Assembly: GCA_002315655.1 (NCBI GenBank)
Contig: DCHO01000044.1
Location: 25,948 to 89,947 of the forward strand
Reading direction: 5' to 3'
DNA length: 64,000 nucleotides
Source: Christensenella sp. UBA1750
GTDB taxonomy: Bacteria > Bacillota > Clostridia > Christensenellales > UBA1750
Below are positions 1 to 9,180 of this stretch, one piece after another. Position 1 is the stretch's first letter; each line of letters begins with the position of its first letter. Both the position numbers and the translations under genes were made by a program. The notes under the pieces were generated by a model. It ran no database searches. It was not told the DNA's origin and worked only from the letters and a program-made list of their open reading frames with translations.

Positions 1-2
1 AT

Positions 3-161
3 CTCAACGACGTGTTGGGCGGCGTGGAGGATCATCTGGATCGCGTGCTCAACGACATCTCCAACAACCGCATGGAAGTGCTGCGCACCGCCCAGCAGAA
101 CCAGCCCCAGCAGCAGAAGAAAGCGCCCGCCCCGCAGGGAAAAAAGCAGATCACCCGCTAA
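3..161 (+). CDS. 3' end of an unidentified protein (partial; start lies outside the window)
   Basis: Frame 3 is open from the window edge to TAA at 159-161 (...NNRMEVLRTAQQNQPQQQKKAPAPQGKKQITR*). A hairpin terminator follows directly. No family was recognised. Confidence 0.45.
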   Translation, partial: LNDVLGGVEDHLDRVLNDISNNRMEVLRTAQQNQPQQQKKAPAPQGKKQITR

Positions 162-173
162 TTGCATAGAACA

Positions 174-209
174 AAACAAGGCCGGTGCAGCGCATCAGCC
201 TTGTTTTTT
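174..209. terminator. Bidirectional rho-independent terminator between the partial CDS (+) and ylbJ (-)
   Basis: There is a perfect 10-bp stem, AAAACAAGGC (174-183) pairing with GCCTTGTTTT (198-207), with T-runs on both strands. It overlaps the ylbJ stop codon. Confidence 0.7.
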
Positions 210-1265
210 GCGTGACCTGCGGCAGCAAAGAAGCAGCAGGGCAAAGGAAAAAAGCAACGAGGCGGCGAATAAAGAGACAGGTTTGGTTTGCGGAACAGCG
301 GATTGCGGGGCAAAGACAGGCACGGGAAAGCGCGGCAGCAGCAAAAGCAGCCGACACAGTGAAAAAGCAAGGAAACCGTGCAGAAGCCGTTGAAGCAAGT
401 AACCTTTTATGGATACCTGCGGAAGAAACGCCTTGACCTGCATCACCATGGAAAGCCCGGAAAAGGCGCACAGCCCGCACAGAAGAGACAGCCGAAGTGG
501 GGAGGAAATGGCGGCATCAAGGCACGCATGGCAGCCGATGCTGACCTCGAAAAGCCCCGACAGCAGCGGCGAGAGCACCGCCTTCGGCAGAAAAAACAGC
601 GTGACCTTATGCAGTGCGTGTTCTATGCGTATTGCGGAGAAAATCCCCCGGATCGCCCCGAACAGCGCCATGCTCCCGCCGATGGTGAGGCAGGAAAGCG
701 ACGCTGTGGACAGTGCCTTTGGCAGAGCACGGGGCAGGGAAACCGGCTTTACGGGTTGCACTTGCATAGGCGATGCTTTGTCGTGTCCTCTGTAAAGAAA
801 GCCCGGAATCAAACCGCTGACGAGCTGCACGGCGTAAATAAACAGTCCGATGAGGGGATTCCCCAGTGTGCCGCCCAATACGGAAATGCAGTAAAGCGGG
901 CTCATCACCGTGGCGACTGAAAGGAACCGCAGAGCCGTTTTCCCGTCCGGGTCGCAGGCGGAGAGCAGCTTTGCCCCGGTGGGTGCGCCGGAAAGCCACG
1001 ACAAACACAGCACGCTGCCCAGAGCTTCGGGCAAATGAAACAATCGGCACATTCCTTTCGTTAATGGATGCAGAGCTTTTATTGCACCGATTTGAATGAG
1101 GCAGAGATTGACCGCCATGCACGGCAGCACGGACGGAAGAACCGCGTTTGCAAAGAGGGAGAGCGAGGAAAGTGCGCCTTCCTTGGCGGCAGCCGGATAG
1201 CACAGAAGCAAAAGCAATAAGATACCACTGAAAAGAACGGATAGAGCGTACTTTATTTTTGACAT
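195..1265 (-). CDS. ylbJ: Sporulation integral membrane protein YlbJ-like (nucleoside-recognition/gate domain membrane protein)
   Basis: I place the start at the internal ATG at 1265 (MSKIKYALSVLFSG...), which has a GGGGGA RBS. The protein is polytopic and hydrophobic. The motifs VLPSVLPCM and SGAPTGAKL resemble B. subtilis YlbJ. It sits next to a ylbK-like patatin and ylbM, as in Bacillus. Confidence 0.7.
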   Translation of the reverse strand: MSKIKYALSVLFSGILLLLLLCYPAAAKEGALSSLSLFANAVLPSVLPCMAVNLCLIQIGAIKALHPLTKGMCRLFHLPEALGSVLCLSWLSGAPTGAKLLSACDPDGKTALRFLSVATVMSPLYCISVLGGTLGNPLIGLFIYAVQLVSGLIPGFLYRGHDKASPMQVQPVKPVSLPRALPKALSTASLSCLTIGGSMALFGAIRGIFSAIRIEHALHKVTLFFLPKAVLSPLLSGLFEVSIGCHACLDAAISSPLRLSLLCGLCAFSGLSMVMQVKAFLPQVSIKGYLLQRLLHGFLAFSLCRLLLLLPRFPVPVFAPQSAVPQTKPVSLFAASLLFSFALLLLCCRRSRKKQG

Positions 1266-1311
1266 ACCATTCCCCCTTTTGACAATAGATATGGAATCAG
1301 GAGGCTTTAAT

Positions 1312-2112
1312 ATGATTGACAACATAAAAATCGGTGTGGCGCTGGGCGGCGGGGCGTTCCGGGGTCTTGCGCACATCGGTGTTTTGCAAACCTTGGAAAA
1401 GTATGGCGTTTTCCCGGACATTGTGGTGGGCACCTCCATGGGCGCCATGGTGGGCGGCGTGTATTCCTGCGGGGTGGATTTGAACCTGCTGGAACGCTAC
1501 GCCTACACGCTCAATGAGAAGGAACTCATCGACCTTGTGGTGCCGCGGGAGGGCTTTATCGAGGGCAGAAAGATCGAGCTGCTGACGAGAACTCTGACCG
1601 GCAACCGCACCTTTGAGCAGACCGTGAAGAAGTTTGCGGCGGTGGCAACGGATTTATACAAGGGCGAGCGCGTGGTCATTCAGGAAGGACTGCTTTATCA
1701 GGCCATCCGCGCCTCCATCTCCATCCCCGGCATTTTTACGCCCTACAATCTGAACGGGCGGCTTATGGTGGACGGCGGCGTGGTGGATCGTGTGCCCTAC
1801 ACCGCGGCGCGGGAGCTGGGCGCGGATTTCGTCATCGGGGTCGATGTGGGCTACCACGGCGAGGAAACGACCTGCAACGGCATCATGGGCACAGTGCTGC
1901 ACGTCTTGGAGGTCATGGAGTGGAAGATCATGGAAAAGACCATCGACACGGCGGATGTGAGCCTGTCCGTGCCCGTATCCGGGGTCAATGCCGCCTCCAC
2001 CGCACAGGCCAGAGAGTGCATCGCGGAAGGCCGCGACTGCGCGGAAAAGATGATGCCGGAAATCTTGGAGAAAATTAAGCGGAAAAAGAAAGAACTGCTT
2101 GCTGCGGAATAA
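1312..2112 (+). CDS. Patatin-like phospholipase (YlbK-like)
   Basis: It has the GGGAFRG oxyanion motif and the GTSMG nucleophile elbow (GxSxG), plus a later DGG motif. A CAGGAGG RBS lies 7 nt upstream of ATG 1312. Confidence 0.85.
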   Translation: MIDNIKIGVALGGGAFRGLAHIGVLQTLEKYGVFPDIVVGTSMGAMVGGVYSCGVDLNLLERYAYTLNEKELIDLVVPREGFIEGRKIELLTRTLTGNRTFEQTVKKFAAVATDLYKGERVVIQEGLLYQAIRASISIPGIFTPYNLNGRLMVDGGVVDRVPYTAARELGADFVIGVDVGYHGEETTCNGIMGTVLHVLEVMEWKIMEKTIDTADVSLSVPVSGVNAASTAQARECIAEGRDCAEKMMPEILEKIKRKKKELLAAE

Positions 2113-2157
2113 AATTGTCGCTCCGAACCGATTGCCGTCGGTTCGGGGCGATTGCTT

Positions 2158-2748
2158 TTAGCCGTCGGATAATTCCTGCAGAAGTTCAAACTGCTCCTTT
2201 GTGACGATTGCTTTGAGTGTGCTCATGGCTTCATCGTATTGATTGTTGTAATGCGAAAAGGTGTCATGCCTTTGCAGACGAAATCCCAGGGAGAGGTAGA
2301 GAAAAATCGCCTTATAGCTCCAGGGCTGGGTGTGAATGTAAACGGGCGGCGTGCGAAAACGATTCATGGCGGCAATGCACAGTGCCTTGCCCAAGCCCAA
2401 CCCCTGCACCTCCTCCGCGACTACCAACCAGTGCAGGGAGGCAACCGGCTGCTCATTTCGCAGGTCAGTCCATGCGATGCAGGAACCGACGACTGCCTTT
2501 TCGGGATTTACAAGAAACAGAATGTCATCAAAGTGCGAGGTGTCCTGCAGATAGAACGAAATGAAGTAATGCTCTGCTTCTTCTGCGGAATCAAAGTCCC
2601 GAAGCGCATATTCCAGCTTCGCCCAAGCGGTTTCATAGCCGGGCTGATAGGGCACGATGGAAAAGCCGCTGGGCAGATGGACAGCCTGTGTCTTGCACAC
2701 ATCGCAGCGCAGTATCATGTTGAAAAAAGGAATGGTTCTGTCGATCAT
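2158..2748 (-). CDS. GNAT family N-acetyltransferase
   Basis: It carries the acetyl-CoA motif VAEEVQGLGLGKAL. Its start ATG (2748) overlaps the upstream stop in an ATGA arrangement, suggesting translational coupling. Confidence 0.8.
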   Translation of the reverse strand: MIDRTIPFFNMILRCDVCKTQAVHLPSGFSIVPYQPGYETAWAKLEYALRDFDSAEEAEHYFISFYLQDTSHFDDILFLVNPEKAVVGSCIAWTDLRNEQPVASLHWLVVAEEVQGLGLGKALCIAAMNRFRTPPVYIHTQPWSYKAIFLYLSLGFRLQRHDTFSHYNNQYDEAMSTLKAIVTKEQFELLQELSDG

Positions 2749-3263
2749 GGCCTGTTCCCCAATGCTATCGTGTAATATTGGCTGATTCTGCCTTTTTTGT
2801 AATTGTCGGTCTCGCACAGCAGCACGCCGCCGTTCTTCAAGATGGTTTTTGCGGAGGCGCGGTTGTCCTTGTAGCAGCCCAAAATGACCTGCTCCATGCC
2901 CTTTTCCCTACAAACCATCAGGGCATAGGCGAGCATCTGCGTGGCGTAACCTTTTCGCCGCTCCGTCGGGCGCACACCGTAGCCGATGTCGCCGAAGGCT
3001 TCGGAGAGGCTTTGTGGCAGGTTGTAGCGGAGGGAGAGCAGCCCCACCAATTTTTCCCCTTCAAAGCAGAGATAAAGCAGCGATTTTCCCCACTGGGCAT
3101 CTCCGACTTCCGCGTTTCGGTGAATCTTTTCCATCCATTGCGCAAAGTCTGTGGAAGAAAGCCCCAGACTTGCACTGATGCTGTTTTCGCCGTTGTCGTG
3201 GTGCTCCTGCACATAGTCCCGTAAAATATCCTTGTCGAAAAGCTCGGGAAGTCTGAAATTCAT
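2745..3263 (-). CDS. GNAT family N-acetyltransferase
   Basis: It has the motif GYGVRPTERRKGYATQML. I place the start at the internal ATG 3263 (MNFRLPELFD), which has an AGGAGAA RBS. The longer ORF-track N-terminus lacks an RBS. Confidence 0.8.
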   Translation of the reverse strand: MNFRLPELFDKDILRDYVQEHHDNGENSISASLGLSSTDFAQWMEKIHRNAEVGDAQWGKSLLYLCFEGEKLVGLLSLRYNLPQSLSEAFGDIGYGVRPTERRKGYATQMLAYALMVCREKGMEQVILGCYKDNRASAKTILKNGGVLLCETDNYKKGRISQYYTIALGNRP

Positions 3264-3279
3264 TGGGGTTCTCCTTGAC

Positions 3280-4407
3280 TTAATCTTTGATGATGCGGAT
3301 TTTCTCGGTGAAATCCCGATGCGCGGGGCGTTTGTTGAGCAAATCCCACACGTTTTGCGCGGCAAGGTCGCTTTGCAGAAGCGGGGAGGGCTTTGCATCC
3401 GCGACCTTCTGGATGACGGGGACTAAGGATTGCTCCTGCATCATTTTCAGCAGCGGCGCGGCGGCTTGTTTGAAGCCCAGCACCCGGGCGTATTCCGGCG
3501 CGGGATGGGCGGCTAGCAGGGACTTGTCCAGCCCTAAAAGCATCTGCACAAGCAGCCGCCGAATGCGCGCCTCGGGATAGCGGCGGGACTTGACAGTTTC
3601 GATGAGCACGGATGCGGAGTTGGTCTGAAACGCCTCGCGGCACAGGCGGTTTTCCAGCCCCTCCGGGATGGAGAAGCGGGCGGCAAGGGCATCCGGGGAC
3701 GTTGTGCGCAGAAGATAGAGGATGGTTTGGCTGAAATCCTCCAACACGGGCATTTTTTGGGGGAGATTTTCGCGCAAGAGGTTTAAGGCGGCAGGCGGCA
3801 TGGCGGCGGCGAAATCCTCCCCGGCAAGGATGCCCTTGCGGATGGCGGTGGAGGAAAATGCGCCGTTGTGGGCGTCCTTTCGGTGTACAGGCACGGGTTG
3901 AATTTTGCTGTTCAGCTTGGATAGGGCGCGGAGGTATTCCACGGCCAAGGTGTCGTTGGGCAGCAGTTCTTTTCCCAAGGCGTTTTGCAGGGCGGCGGGG
4001 TAGGAAAGCCCCTGCGAAAGCATTTCCCTGATTTTTACGGAAAGTTCCGGCGATTCCGGCGCGGCAAGGGACAAAAGCGCGGACAAATCGTCTGTTTCCG
4101 CGCCGAAGGAGAGGTGCGTGACCACGTTTAGGGCATTCAGCAGCGAAACCCCGCCGAAAGCGAAGTCCTGCGCCGCCCGCACGGCAAAGAGCACAGGCAG
4201 CTCAAGAACAACATCCGCGCCGTTTTGAAGTGCCGTTTCCGCCCGCGTCCATTTGTCCAGGATGGCCGGTTCGCCCCGCTGGACGAACGCCCCGGACATC
4301 ACGCAGACCACAAAATCCGCCCCCGTGAGCTGACGGGCTTCGGACAGCTGATAAGCGTGCCCGTTGTGAAAGGGATTGTATTCGCAGATCACGCCGACGA
4401 CCTTCAT
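3280..4407 (-). CDS. tmcAL: tRNA(Met) cytidine acetate ligase TmcAL (YlbM/UPF0348 nucleotidyltransferase)
   Basis: The N-terminus MKVVGVICEYNPFHNGHAYQ contains the HxGH nucleotidyltransferase signature. Length and synteny match ylbM. Confidence 0.85.
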   Translation of the reverse strand: MKVVGVICEYNPFHNGHAYQLSEARQLTGADFVVCVMSGAFVQRGEPAILDKWTRAETALQNGADVVLELPVLFAVRAAQDFAFGGVSLLNALNVVTHLSFGAETDDLSALLSLAAPESPELSVKIREMLSQGLSYPAALQNALGKELLPNDTLAVEYLRALSKLNSKIQPVPVHRKDAHNGAFSSTAIRKGILAGEDFAAAMPPAALNLLRENLPQKMPVLEDFSQTILYLLRTTSPDALAARFSIPEGLENRLCREAFQTNSASVLIETVKSRRYPEARIRRLLVQMLLGLDKSLLAAHPAPEYARVLGFKQAAAPLLKMMQEQSLVPVIQKVADAKPSPLLQSDLAAQNVWDLLNKRPAHRDFTEKIRIIKD

Positions 4408-4949
4408 AAGCGGTTCTCCTTTTTAAGATAGTGGAGCAGACTTTTTTCGTCCGGGCTGGGGGATTTGAGGATGCACGACAGAATGAGCTCTTCCAACACA
4501 GCCAGCAGCGAAAGGATGCACAGCGGCGGCAGAAGCCCCGGAAGAAAGGGGAAAATGACCAGCAGAATCCCTGTGGCCTTTTGCAGAACGGTGTGCAGGA
4601 ACAGCGGCTTTTTGAAGCGGAGCGCGGAGATGAGCCACGACAGCACCTTTGCATTTGCAATGATAAGAATGAGAACAAGAATCGGGGTCGTGAAACCTTC
4701 CCGCAGGACGGGGAACAGGCACACACCCGCGCAGAGGAAAAAGATAAGATCGCACACGCTGTCTAAAATCGCACCGAGACGGGTTTCCGCATGGAACGCT
4801 CTGGCGCAGAAGCCATCCGCTATGTCTGTGAGAACGCAGAGGGTATAGAGCACGGTAAACGGGACGGAGTAGGGCACAAAAATGAGCAACAGCAGAGAAA
4901 ATAGCCCGCGGGAGAGGGTCACGGCAGTCGGAATGTGCTTTGTCACCAT
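4404..4949 (-). CDS. CDP-alcohol phosphatidyltransferase family protein
   Basis: It has the motif D-x2-DG-x2-AR...G...D-x3-D (TDIADGFCARAF...GAILDSVCD). It is a multi-TM protein. It overlaps tmcAL in an ATGA arrangement. Confidence 0.8.
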   Translation of the reverse strand: MVTKHIPTAVTLSRGLFSLLLLIFVPYSVPFTVLYTLCVLTDIADGFCARAFHAETRLGAILDSVCDLIFFLCAGVCLFPVLREGFTTPILVLILIIANAKVLSWLISALRFKKPLFLHTVLQKATGILLVIFPFLPGLLPPLCILSLLAVLEELILSCILKSPSPDEKSLLHYLKKENRL

Positions 4950-5095
4950 CTTTTAACCCTCCAAGCCCTTAAAAAGTGCGCTTTATGCTTTTCAAACGGC
5001 GCAAAAAGCTGTATAATGGTTCCGATTGAGACCATGCGCGGGGAACCCCTCACGCATCCATATCTATGATAACACATTACAGGAGGAAAAGTAAA

Positions 5096-6085
5096 ATGTC
5101 TTTGATGGATCGTATCAAGGCCAAGGCCAAGGCTGACAAAAAGCGCATCGTTCTGCCCGAGGGCGCCGAGGAGCGCACCGTGAAGGCGGCCGCCATTCTG
5201 CTCAAAGAGGGCATCTGCGACGTGATCCTGCTGGGTGATGAGGAAAAGATCAAGGCTTACGGCGAGGATCTCACCGGCGCCACCATCATCGACCCCAAGA
5301 AGGCCGCCAATCTGCAGGAGTATGCCGACACCCTGTACGAGCTGCGCAAGGCCAAGGGCATGACCCCCGAAGCCGCTTTGGAGACCATGAAGGATGAGAC
5401 CTTCTACGGCACCATGATGATGAAGAAGAACGAGGCCGACGGCATGGTTTCCGGCGCGATCCACTCCACCGCCAACACCCTGCGCCCCGCTTTGCAGATC
5501 ATCAAGACCAAGCCCGGCGTCACCACCGCTTCCTCCTGCTTCGTCATGGAGATTCCCAACAAGGCCTACGGTCAGGACGGCGTGATGATTTTTGCCGACT
5601 GCGCCGTGAACATCGAGCCCGATGCCGACCAGCTGGCCGCCATCGCCATCGCCTCCGCCGAGACCGCCAAGACCATCGCCGAGATCGACACCCCCAAGGT
5701 CGCCATGCTGTCCTTCTCCACCAAGGGCTCCGGCAAGGGCGACATGGTTGCCAAGGTTGCCGCCGCCACCGCAAAGGTGCACGAGCTGGCTCCCGATCTG
5801 TGCTGCGACGGCGAATTGCAGGCTGATGCCGCTCTCGTTGAAAAGGTCGGCGCCCTGAAGGCTCCCGGCTCCACCGTTGCCGGTCATGCCAACGTTCTGG
5901 TCTTCCCCTCTCTGGAAGCCGGCAACATCGGCTACAAGCTGGTGCAGCGTCTCGCCGGTGCCGAGGCCATCGGCCCCGTCATGCAGGGTCTGGCCCGTCC
6001 CGTCAACGACCTCTCCCGCGGCTGCTCCACCGAGGACATCGTTTCTCTGTGCGCTCTGACCGCCGTGCAGGCACAGGCAAAGTAG
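5096..6085 (+). CDS. pta: Phosphate acetyltransferase
   Basis: The sequence MSLMDRIKAKAKADKKRIVLPEGAEERTVKAA... is typical of Pta. A CAGGAGGAAAAG RBS lies upstream. ackA is adjacent. Confidence 0.95.
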   Translation: MSLMDRIKAKAKADKKRIVLPEGAEERTVKAAAILLKEGICDVILLGDEEKIKAYGEDLTGATIIDPKKAANLQEYADTLYELRKAKGMTPEAALETMKDETFYGTMMMKKNEADGMVSGAIHSTANTLRPALQIIKTKPGVTTASSCFVMEIPNKAYGQDGVMIFADCAVNIEPDADQLAAIAIASAETAKTIAEIDTPKVAMLSFSTKGSGKGDMVAKVAAATAKVHELAPDLCCDGELQADAALVEKVGALKAPGSTVAGHANVLVFPSLEAGNIGYKLVQRLAGAEAIGPVMQGLARPVNDLSRGCSTEDIVSLCALTAVQAQAK

Positions 6086-6183
6086 CCCTCTCAGTCACCT
6101 GCGGTGACAGCTCTCCCGCACGCGGGCGAGCCTTTTGGTTGCTCCCCCAGCGTGTATCATCACAAAAACAGGAGATAAGTTCA

Positions 6184-7377
6184 ATGAAAGTTTTAGTTAT
6201 CAACGCCGGCTCCTCCTCCATCAAGTATCAGCTGATCGACATGGAGAACGAGAAGGTCATTGCCAAGGGCATGGCCGAGCGCATCAACCGCGACAAGTGC
6301 AACACCACCATCAAGTCCGACAAGGGCGTGTTCGTCGATGAGACCTTCAACAAGGATCATTCCGAAGCACTGAACGTGGTTGTGAAGCTGCTGACCGACC
6401 CCGAAAAGGGCGTTATCAAGTCTATGAGCGAGATCGACGCCGTTGGCCACCGCGTTCTGCACGGCGGCGCGGACTTCACCGAGTCCCAGATCGTCAATGA
6501 TAAGGTCATGGATGCCATCCGTGCCAACATCATCTTAGGGCCTCTGCACAACCCCGCCAACATCATGGGTATCGAAGCCTGCCAGAAGATGATGCCCGGC
6601 GTGCCCAACGTCGCCGTGTTCGACACCGCCTTCCATCAGACCATGCCCAACTATGCGTTCCTCTACGCCCTGCCCTATGATTACTACACCCGCCTGAAAG
6701 TCCGCAAGTACGGCTTCCACGGCACCTCCCACCGCTTCGTCTCCAAGCGCGCCGCAGAGCTGCTGGGCTCTAAGGACGGCAAGGGTCTGAAGATCATCGT
6801 CTGCCACCTGGGCAACGGTTCCTCCCTGTCCGCCGTCAAGGACGGCAAGTGCGTGGATACCTCCATGGGCATCACGCCTCTTGAGGGCATGGTCATGGGC
6901 ACCCGCTCCGGCGACCTTGACCCCGCCGTTGTGCAGTACATCATGAAGAACGACGGCATTTCCATCGACGAGATGCTGGACATCCTCAACAAGAAGTCCG
7001 GTCTGGAAGGCATTTCCGGCATCGGCGATATGCGCGCTCTGACCGCCGCCATGAAGGAAGGCAACGAGAAGGCGACCTTAGCCGTCAAGATGCTGACCTA
7101 CCGCTTGAAGAAGTACATTGCCGCTTACGCCGCCGCTATGGGCGGTGTGGATGCCATCGTCTTCACCGGCGGTATCGGCGAAAACGTGGCGCATATCCGC
7201 AAGTCTGCCGTGGAAGGTCTGGAATACATGGGCGTTGTGCTGGACGACGAGAAGAACAATGCCGCCCGTCCCGACTGCTTCATCGAGGCCGCCGATTCCA
7301 AGGTCAAGCTCATGGTTGTCGAGACCAACGAGGAACTGGCCATCGCCAGAGACACTCTGGAGCTGTGCAGCAAGTAA
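6184..7377 (+). CDS. ackA: Acetate kinase
   Basis: The N-terminus MKVLVINAGSSSIKYQL is the canonical AckA start. A CAGGAGA RBS lies upstream. The ORF-track N-terminal extension overlaps pta and is not supported. Confidence 0.95.
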   Translation: MKVLVINAGSSSIKYQLIDMENEKVIAKGMAERINRDKCNTTIKSDKGVFVDETFNKDHSEALNVVVKLLTDPEKGVIKSMSEIDAVGHRVLHGGADFTESQIVNDKVMDAIRANIILGPLHNPANIMGIEACQKMMPGVPNVAVFDTAFHQTMPNYAFLYALPYDYYTRLKVRKYGFHGTSHRFVSKRAAELLGSKDGKGLKIIVCHLGNGSSLSAVKDGKCVDTSMGITPLEGMVMGTRSGDLDPAVVQYIMKNDGISIDEMLDILNKKSGLEGISGIGDMRALTAAMKEGNEKATLAVKMLTYRLKKYIAAYAAAMGGVDAIVFTGGIGENVAHIRKSAVEGLEYMGVVLDDEKNNAARPDCFIEAADSKVKLMVVETNEELAIARDTLELCSK

Positions 7378-7424
7378 AATGCGTAGGTTTAACAAAGAAT
7401 TTTGTTCAAACCCATAAAATCAAG

Positions 7425-7453
7425 TTGACAAATAAGAGTTTCTTCTCTATAAT
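7425..7453 (+). promoter_or_regulatory. Sigma-A type promoter for yceD-rpmF
   Basis: TTGACA (7425-7430), a 17-nt spacer and TATAAT (7448-7453) match the consensus perfectly. Confidence 0.65.
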
Positions 7454-7480
7454 TTCAATGGTTATGTGAGGTGGCATGGC

Positions 7481-7996
7481 ATGAAAATGTCTGTTGACAA
7501 GGCATTAAGGTTTGAAGGCGTTCCGCAGGAGTTCGAGATTTCGGTTCCCGCGCCCGTTTCCGACTTTGCCGAGGATGATATTTCCTTTGCCGGAGATGTT
7601 GTTTTGCATGGCTCTATGACCGGTATCGGCGAAAATGTCGCGCTGGATGGCGTTTTGACTGCGACCCTGCTCTCTCCCTGCGCAAGGTGCTTGGAGGAAG
7701 CAAAGTACGACATGAAGGTGCCTTTTGAAGAACTCTTTGTCAGGCAGCCTGATCCGGATCATCCCGATGCGTATCTGTATGAGGGAAAAGAGGTCGATGT
7801 GACCGAGCTTACCGTCGCCAACATTGCGATGAATCTGCCGATGCAGTTTCTCTGCAAAGAGGATTGCGCAGGGCTTTGCCCGATGTGCGGACAGAATCTG
7901 AATTTGGGAACGTGCAAGTGTGACCCCGCATTGGAACGCTCGGCGTTTTCCGCGCTGAAAGCGCTGCTTGATGTGAAAGATGACAAGGAGGTGTAG
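7481..7996 (+). CDS. yceD: YceD/YlbN family (DUF177) ribosome-associated protein
   Basis: It has the C-terminal [17 protein letters not shown]ys cluster and lies immediately upstream of rpmF. A GAGGTGG RBS precedes ATG 7481. Confidence 0.85.
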   Translation: MKMSVDKALRFEGVPQEFEISVPAPVSDFAEDDISFAGDVVLHGSMTGIGENVALDGVLTATLLSPCARCLEEAKYDMKVPFEELFVRQPDPDHPDAYLYEGKEVDVTELTVANIAMNLPMQFLCKEDCAGLCPMCGQNLNLGTCKCDPALERSAFSALKALLDVKDDKEV

Positions 7997-8001
7997 GATC
8001 C

Positions 8002-8193
8002 ATGGCAGTACCTAAGGGAAAAACGTCCAAGGCTCGCAAGCACGCCCGTCGTGCCAACTGGAAGCTCTCTCTGCCCGGCATTGTGGAATGCCCCCAGTGC
8101 AAGACTATGAAGCTGGCTCACCGCGTTTGCAAGAAGTGCGGTTACTATGACGGCAAGCAGGTCGTCACCGTCGCCGAAGAAAAGCAGGCGTAA
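8002..8193 (+). CDS. rpmF: 50S ribosomal protein L32
   Basis: The sequence [21 protein letters not shown]...CPQC...CKKCGYY is typical of L32. Confidence 0.95.
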   Translation: MAVPKGKTSKARKHARRANWKLSLPGIVECPQCKTMKLAHRVCKKCGYYDGKQVVTVAEEKQA

Positions 8194-8204
8194 TCTTGGA
8201 ATAC

Positions 8205-8242
8205 AAAGCCCGGCAGTCTCGTAATGAGACCACCGGGCTTTT
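8205..8242 (+). terminator. Rho-independent terminator after rpmF
   Basis: The stem AAAGCCCGG...CCGGGCTTT contains an inner GTCTC/GAGAC pairing and is followed by TT. Confidence 0.7.
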
Positions 8243-8261
8243 GCCATGTTCGGAGGAATGT

Positions 8262-9116
8262 ATGTCTTTTGAAAACAATGTTCTGTATGTGACCGACTTG
8301 GACGGAACGCTTCTTGGAGAAATGCCAACCGTGCCCGATAAAGCTACGGAAATGCTCAATCGCATGATCGCTTGCGGGCTGCGTTTTTCCGTGGCCACGG
8401 CGCGGGCGTGGGCTTCCGCAAAGCCAATCTTAGAAAAGCTCAATCTTCACCTTCCCGTGGTGCTCTACAACGGCGCACAGATTCTTGACCCCGGAACCGG
8501 GGAAATTCTGCACAAATGCGACCTTTCCAGACAGCAGCTTGCCGCCATCCATGCCGCCTGCGTATCGCAGGACGTTTGCGGGCGGTTTGAAGGCGAGGTG
8601 GAGGGACGCATACGCTCCTCCTGGATGAAATGCGAGGAAAACGAGGGACTTTACGCCTATAACAGTGCCCGCGTGGGGGACAAGCGTTTCCGCCCCGTGA
8701 CGGACGAAGAACGGCTCTATGACGGGGAAATCATCACCGTCAACGCCTTTGACCGCAGGGAAAAGCTGGAAAGAGTTGTGCAGGACATCAGGAAAATTGA
8801 TGGCGTGACCTATACGCTGATTTCCGACAACTATACGGAGGGCTGGTACTGGCTCTCTGTCATCCGGGCGGACGCGACCAAAGCCATGGGCGTGCTTAAA
8901 TTAAAAGAAATGTGCGGCGCGGAGAGGCTCATCTGCTTTGGGGACAACTTAAACGACCTGACTATGTTTGAAATTGCGGATGAGAGCTGCGCCGTGGCCA
9001 ACGCGCACCCCGATGTTAAATGCGCGGCAACGCACGCCATTTCCTCCAACACGGACTGCGGTGTACCGAAGTTTATTGCCGAAAGAGAGGACTTTTCGGA
9101 TTTCGCCGCCCTGTAA
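8262..9116 (+). CDS. Cof-type HAD-IIB family hydrolase
   Basis: It has the DLDGTLL motif I near the N-terminus and a C-terminal GDNLNDLTMF motif. I place the start at ATG 8262, after a GGAGGAA RBS and downstream of the rpmF terminator. Confidence 0.8.
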   Translation: MSFENNVLYVTDLDGTLLGEMPTVPDKATEMLNRMIACGLRFSVATARAWASAKPILEKLNLHLPVVLYNGAQILDPGTGEILHKCDLSRQQLAAIHAACVSQDVCGRFEGEVEGRIRSSWMKCEENEGLYAYNSARVGDKRFRPVTDEERLYDGEIITVNAFDRREKLERVVQDIRKIDGVTYTLISDNYTEGWYWLSVIRADATKAMGVLKLKEMCGAERLICFGDNLNDLTMFEIADESCAVANAHPDVKCAATHAISSNTDCGVPKFIAEREDFSDFAAL

Positions 9117-9119
9117 ACC

Positions 9120-9148
9120 TTGCATTTTTTATGAAATTTTGCTATGAT
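9120..9148 (+). promoter_or_regulatory. Candidate promoter for plsX-acpP
   Basis: TTGCAT (9120-9125), a 17-nt spacer and TATGAT (9143-9148) are present. A TG lies one nt upstream of the -10, giving an extended -10 element. Confidence 0.5.
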
Positions 9149-9180
9149 GGACGGGAGCCTCATACGAAGGAGGAAATGCG

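Noticed and set aside
1266-1448. The longer ylbJ start (417-aa ORF).
   Set aside because: The extension overlaps the divergent patatin gene and its RBS region. The internal ATG 1265 has a GGGGGA RBS and starts directly with the first TM helix.
4943-5887. A 314-aa Gly/Ala/Leu-rich ORF on the minus strand, opposite pta.
   Set aside because: It is the mirror frame of a clearly homologous, high-GC gene (pta). It is low-complexity, has no RBS and has no recognisable family. It is a typical antisense ORF artefact of high GC3.
6086-6183. Small hairpins (GTCACCtgcGGTGAC and CCCGCacgCGGG) between pta and ackA as a terminator.
   Set aside because: The stems are short, at 4-6 bp, and the T-run is weak. 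pta-ackA are normally co-transcribed. The evidence is insufficient for a feature call.
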